Notes under the pieces: generated by a model
Database searches by the model: none
What the model was told of the DNA's origin: nothing
What the model saw: only the letters and a program-made list of their open reading frames with translations
Shown here: positions 14,167-15,385 of the stretch, piece by piece
Position numbering within the stretch: position 1 is the stretch's first letter
Layout of the letters: the number at the start of each line of letters is the position of its first letter
Program-made: the position numbers and the translations under genes
From: Candidatus Thorarchaeota archaeon
Lineage (GTDB): Archaea; Asgardarchaeota; Thorarchaeia; Thorarchaeales; Thorarchaeaceae
Assembly (NCBI GenBank): GCA_048884965.1
Contig: JBHLQH010000058.1
Location: 1 to 15,385, forward strand
Direction: 5' to 3'
Length of the DNA stretch: 15,385 nucleotides

Positions 14167-14232
14167 AACTCAAGTCGAGCCAGATGGTCCAACAAGAGTC
14201 GCCCGCGCTATTCTTTCACAAATTTTGACTCA
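14167..14232 (+). repeat. Direct repeat copy 3 (degenerate)
   Basis: 14167-14204 vs 12857-12894 is 27/38 ungapped with 10 of 11 mismatches being transitions; 42/66 over 14167-14232. The tail GCGCTATTCTTTCACA matches copy 2 GCTCTTTTCCTTCACA at 13/16. Confidence 0.7.
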
Positions 14233-14316
14233 GTTTTGACCGTCGACTTGATAGCACGCCTGAACCATTACTCTTATATGGTTGGCATAACAAACTATTT
14301 CATTCAAATCAATTCG

Positions 14317-14326
14317 TTTATGAACC
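14317..14326 (+). promoter_or_regulatory. Putative TATA box for the DUF362 gene
   Basis: TTTATGAACC about 51 nt upstream of ATG 14378. Confidence 0.35.
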
Positions 14327-14377
14327 CAATAGAGGTTTCATGCACCGATGAGAGAACAGATTCAGGGATGAAATAAG

Positions 14378-15385
14378 ATGACGCAGAAACCAAAGGTCTA
14401 CTACGGCTCAATCTATGCAGGTAGGACTGCCCGATTCGCTAATCTGAGCGAGAAGCTCAATAGGATTTTAGAGAGCCTTGACTTGAGTACTATCGAAAAG
14501 AAGGACAAGGTAGCGATAAAGATGCACCTGGGCTTTGATGATGGATATCAGACAGTCCCAGTCTTCTTCGTCCGTCGAATTGTTGAAGCAGTTAAGAAAG
14601 CAGGGGGATATCCCTTTGTCACAGACAATCCCACAGCTGTGTATAATGCTGCAAATCGAGGGTATACATCAGAAACCTGTGGGTGTCCTCTTGTGCCCAT
14701 AGCAGGAATAAAGGATGGCTACAAGACAGACAAAGAAGTGGATTTCAAGGGAATTGACAAGCTTGCTGCGGCAGGAGCTATGTTAGATGCAGATGTCCTG
14801 ATCAACTTGACCCATACAAAGGGCCATGGTGCGTGTGGATATGGTGGTGCCTTCAAGAATATCGCACTTGGAGGATATCACGGCCCAAGTAGGTGGTACA
14901 AGATACACGGTGTCGTTCAGTATGACAAGTACTTCGATAAGGATAAGATGACCAAGGACCATATGATGAAGATCCTAGAGGCTTGTCCAAGAAAAGCACC
15001 GTCATGGAATGATGAGAAGAATATAGGCGGCCTCATGTTCTACGAGTGTGACCAGTGCCATGGTGCAGAAATCAAGCCATGTGTTGAAGCCGATGGAGGT
15101 CTCACTGGGTGGAGCATCAATCAGGAGAACTTCAGTGCGTTCCAAGAACTAATGGCCAGAGCTGCCAAGATTCTACTCGATACATACGACAAGAATAAGC
15201 TATTCCATATCAATGTCATGATGGATATCACTCCATTCTGTGATTGCATGGGGATGGGGATGCCACCTGTGATTGACGATATAGGTATTCTTGGAAGTCG
15301 AGATATCGTAGCCGCTGATACAGCATCATTGGATCTCATTGCTGAGACTGGCTTGAATGAGAGGTTGGTTCGCAATATACCTGAG
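14378..15385 (+). CDS. DUF362-domain Fe-S protein (3'-truncated by the window edge)
   Basis: Open frame of 336 codons from ATG 14378 to the end, not in the ORF track: MTQKPKVYYG...KVAIKMHLG...GGYPFVTD...DADVLINLTHTKGHGACGYGGAFKNIALG...DITPFCDC...DIGILGSRDIVAADTASLDLI. Confidence 0.88.
   Translation, partial: MTQKPKVYYGSIYAGRTARFANLSEKLNRILESLDLSTIEKKDKVAIKMHLGFDDGYQTVPVFFVRRIVEAVKKAGGYPFVTDNPTAVYNAANRGYTSETCGCPLVPIAGIKDGYKTDKEVDFKGIDKLAAAGAMLDADVLINLTHTKGHGACGYGGAFKNIALGGYHGPSRWYKIHGVVQYDKYFDKDKMTKDHMMKILEACPRKAPSWNDEKNIGGLMFYECDQCHGAEIKPCVEADGGLTGWSINQENFSAFQELMARAAKILLDTYDKNKLFHINVMMDITPFCDCMGMGMPPVIDDIGILGSRDIVAADTASLDLIAETGLNERLVRNIPE

Noticed and set aside
13690-14232. Repeat copies 2 and 3 as additional functional SECIS elements
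   Set aside because: Both lack the AUGA and the complementary 5' arm, and they lie beyond the probable terminator and antisense genes.
12856-14232. CRISPR array or classical integron attC array
   Set aside because: Spacers are 400-800 bp and contain genes, there is no cas or intI gene, and I could not find convincing RYYYAAC/GTTRRRY boxes in all copies.
14170-14251. 9-bp inverted repeat TCAAGTCGA/TCGACTTGA as MITE ends
   Set aside because: It is short, has no evident target-site duplication, and the left arm is already explained as part of repeat copy 3.

Overview
Archaeal chromosomal window. An Asgard (Thorarchaeota-like) origin is inferred from the GGTGA/GGAGG ribosome-binding sites, the split Vhu hydrogenase and a eukaryote-like SECIS; it is not proven. 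Bases 1-9342 hold a tungsten/pterin oxidoreductase cluster: two paralogous AOR-family large subunits, a 4x[Fe-S] small subunit, MoaD/SAMP, a cyclic amidohydrolase, a PreA/DHODH-like flavoprotein lacking the catalytic Cys loop, an M24 peptidase and a PfkB kinase. A stand-alone Lrp/AsnC RAM-domain gene is divergent from a group 3c hydrogenase operon, vhuD-G-A-U. The ORF track misses vhuU (12692-12844), a 50-aa selenoprotein with in-frame TGA at 12758 in the Ni-binding motif. A eukaryote-type SECIS (AUGA...AA...GA kink-turn) follows, and its core AUGA contains vhuU's own stop codon. The 3' half of this SECIS plus downstream terminator-like sequence recurs twice more as progressively decayed direct repeats (about 13705 and 14167). 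These delimit two single-gene, integrase-free, opposite-strand cassettes of 849 and 461 bp, suggesting gene-cassette accretion at a SECIS hairpin. The window ends in a 3'-truncated DUF362 Fe-S protein gene (14378 to end), also absent from the ORF track.
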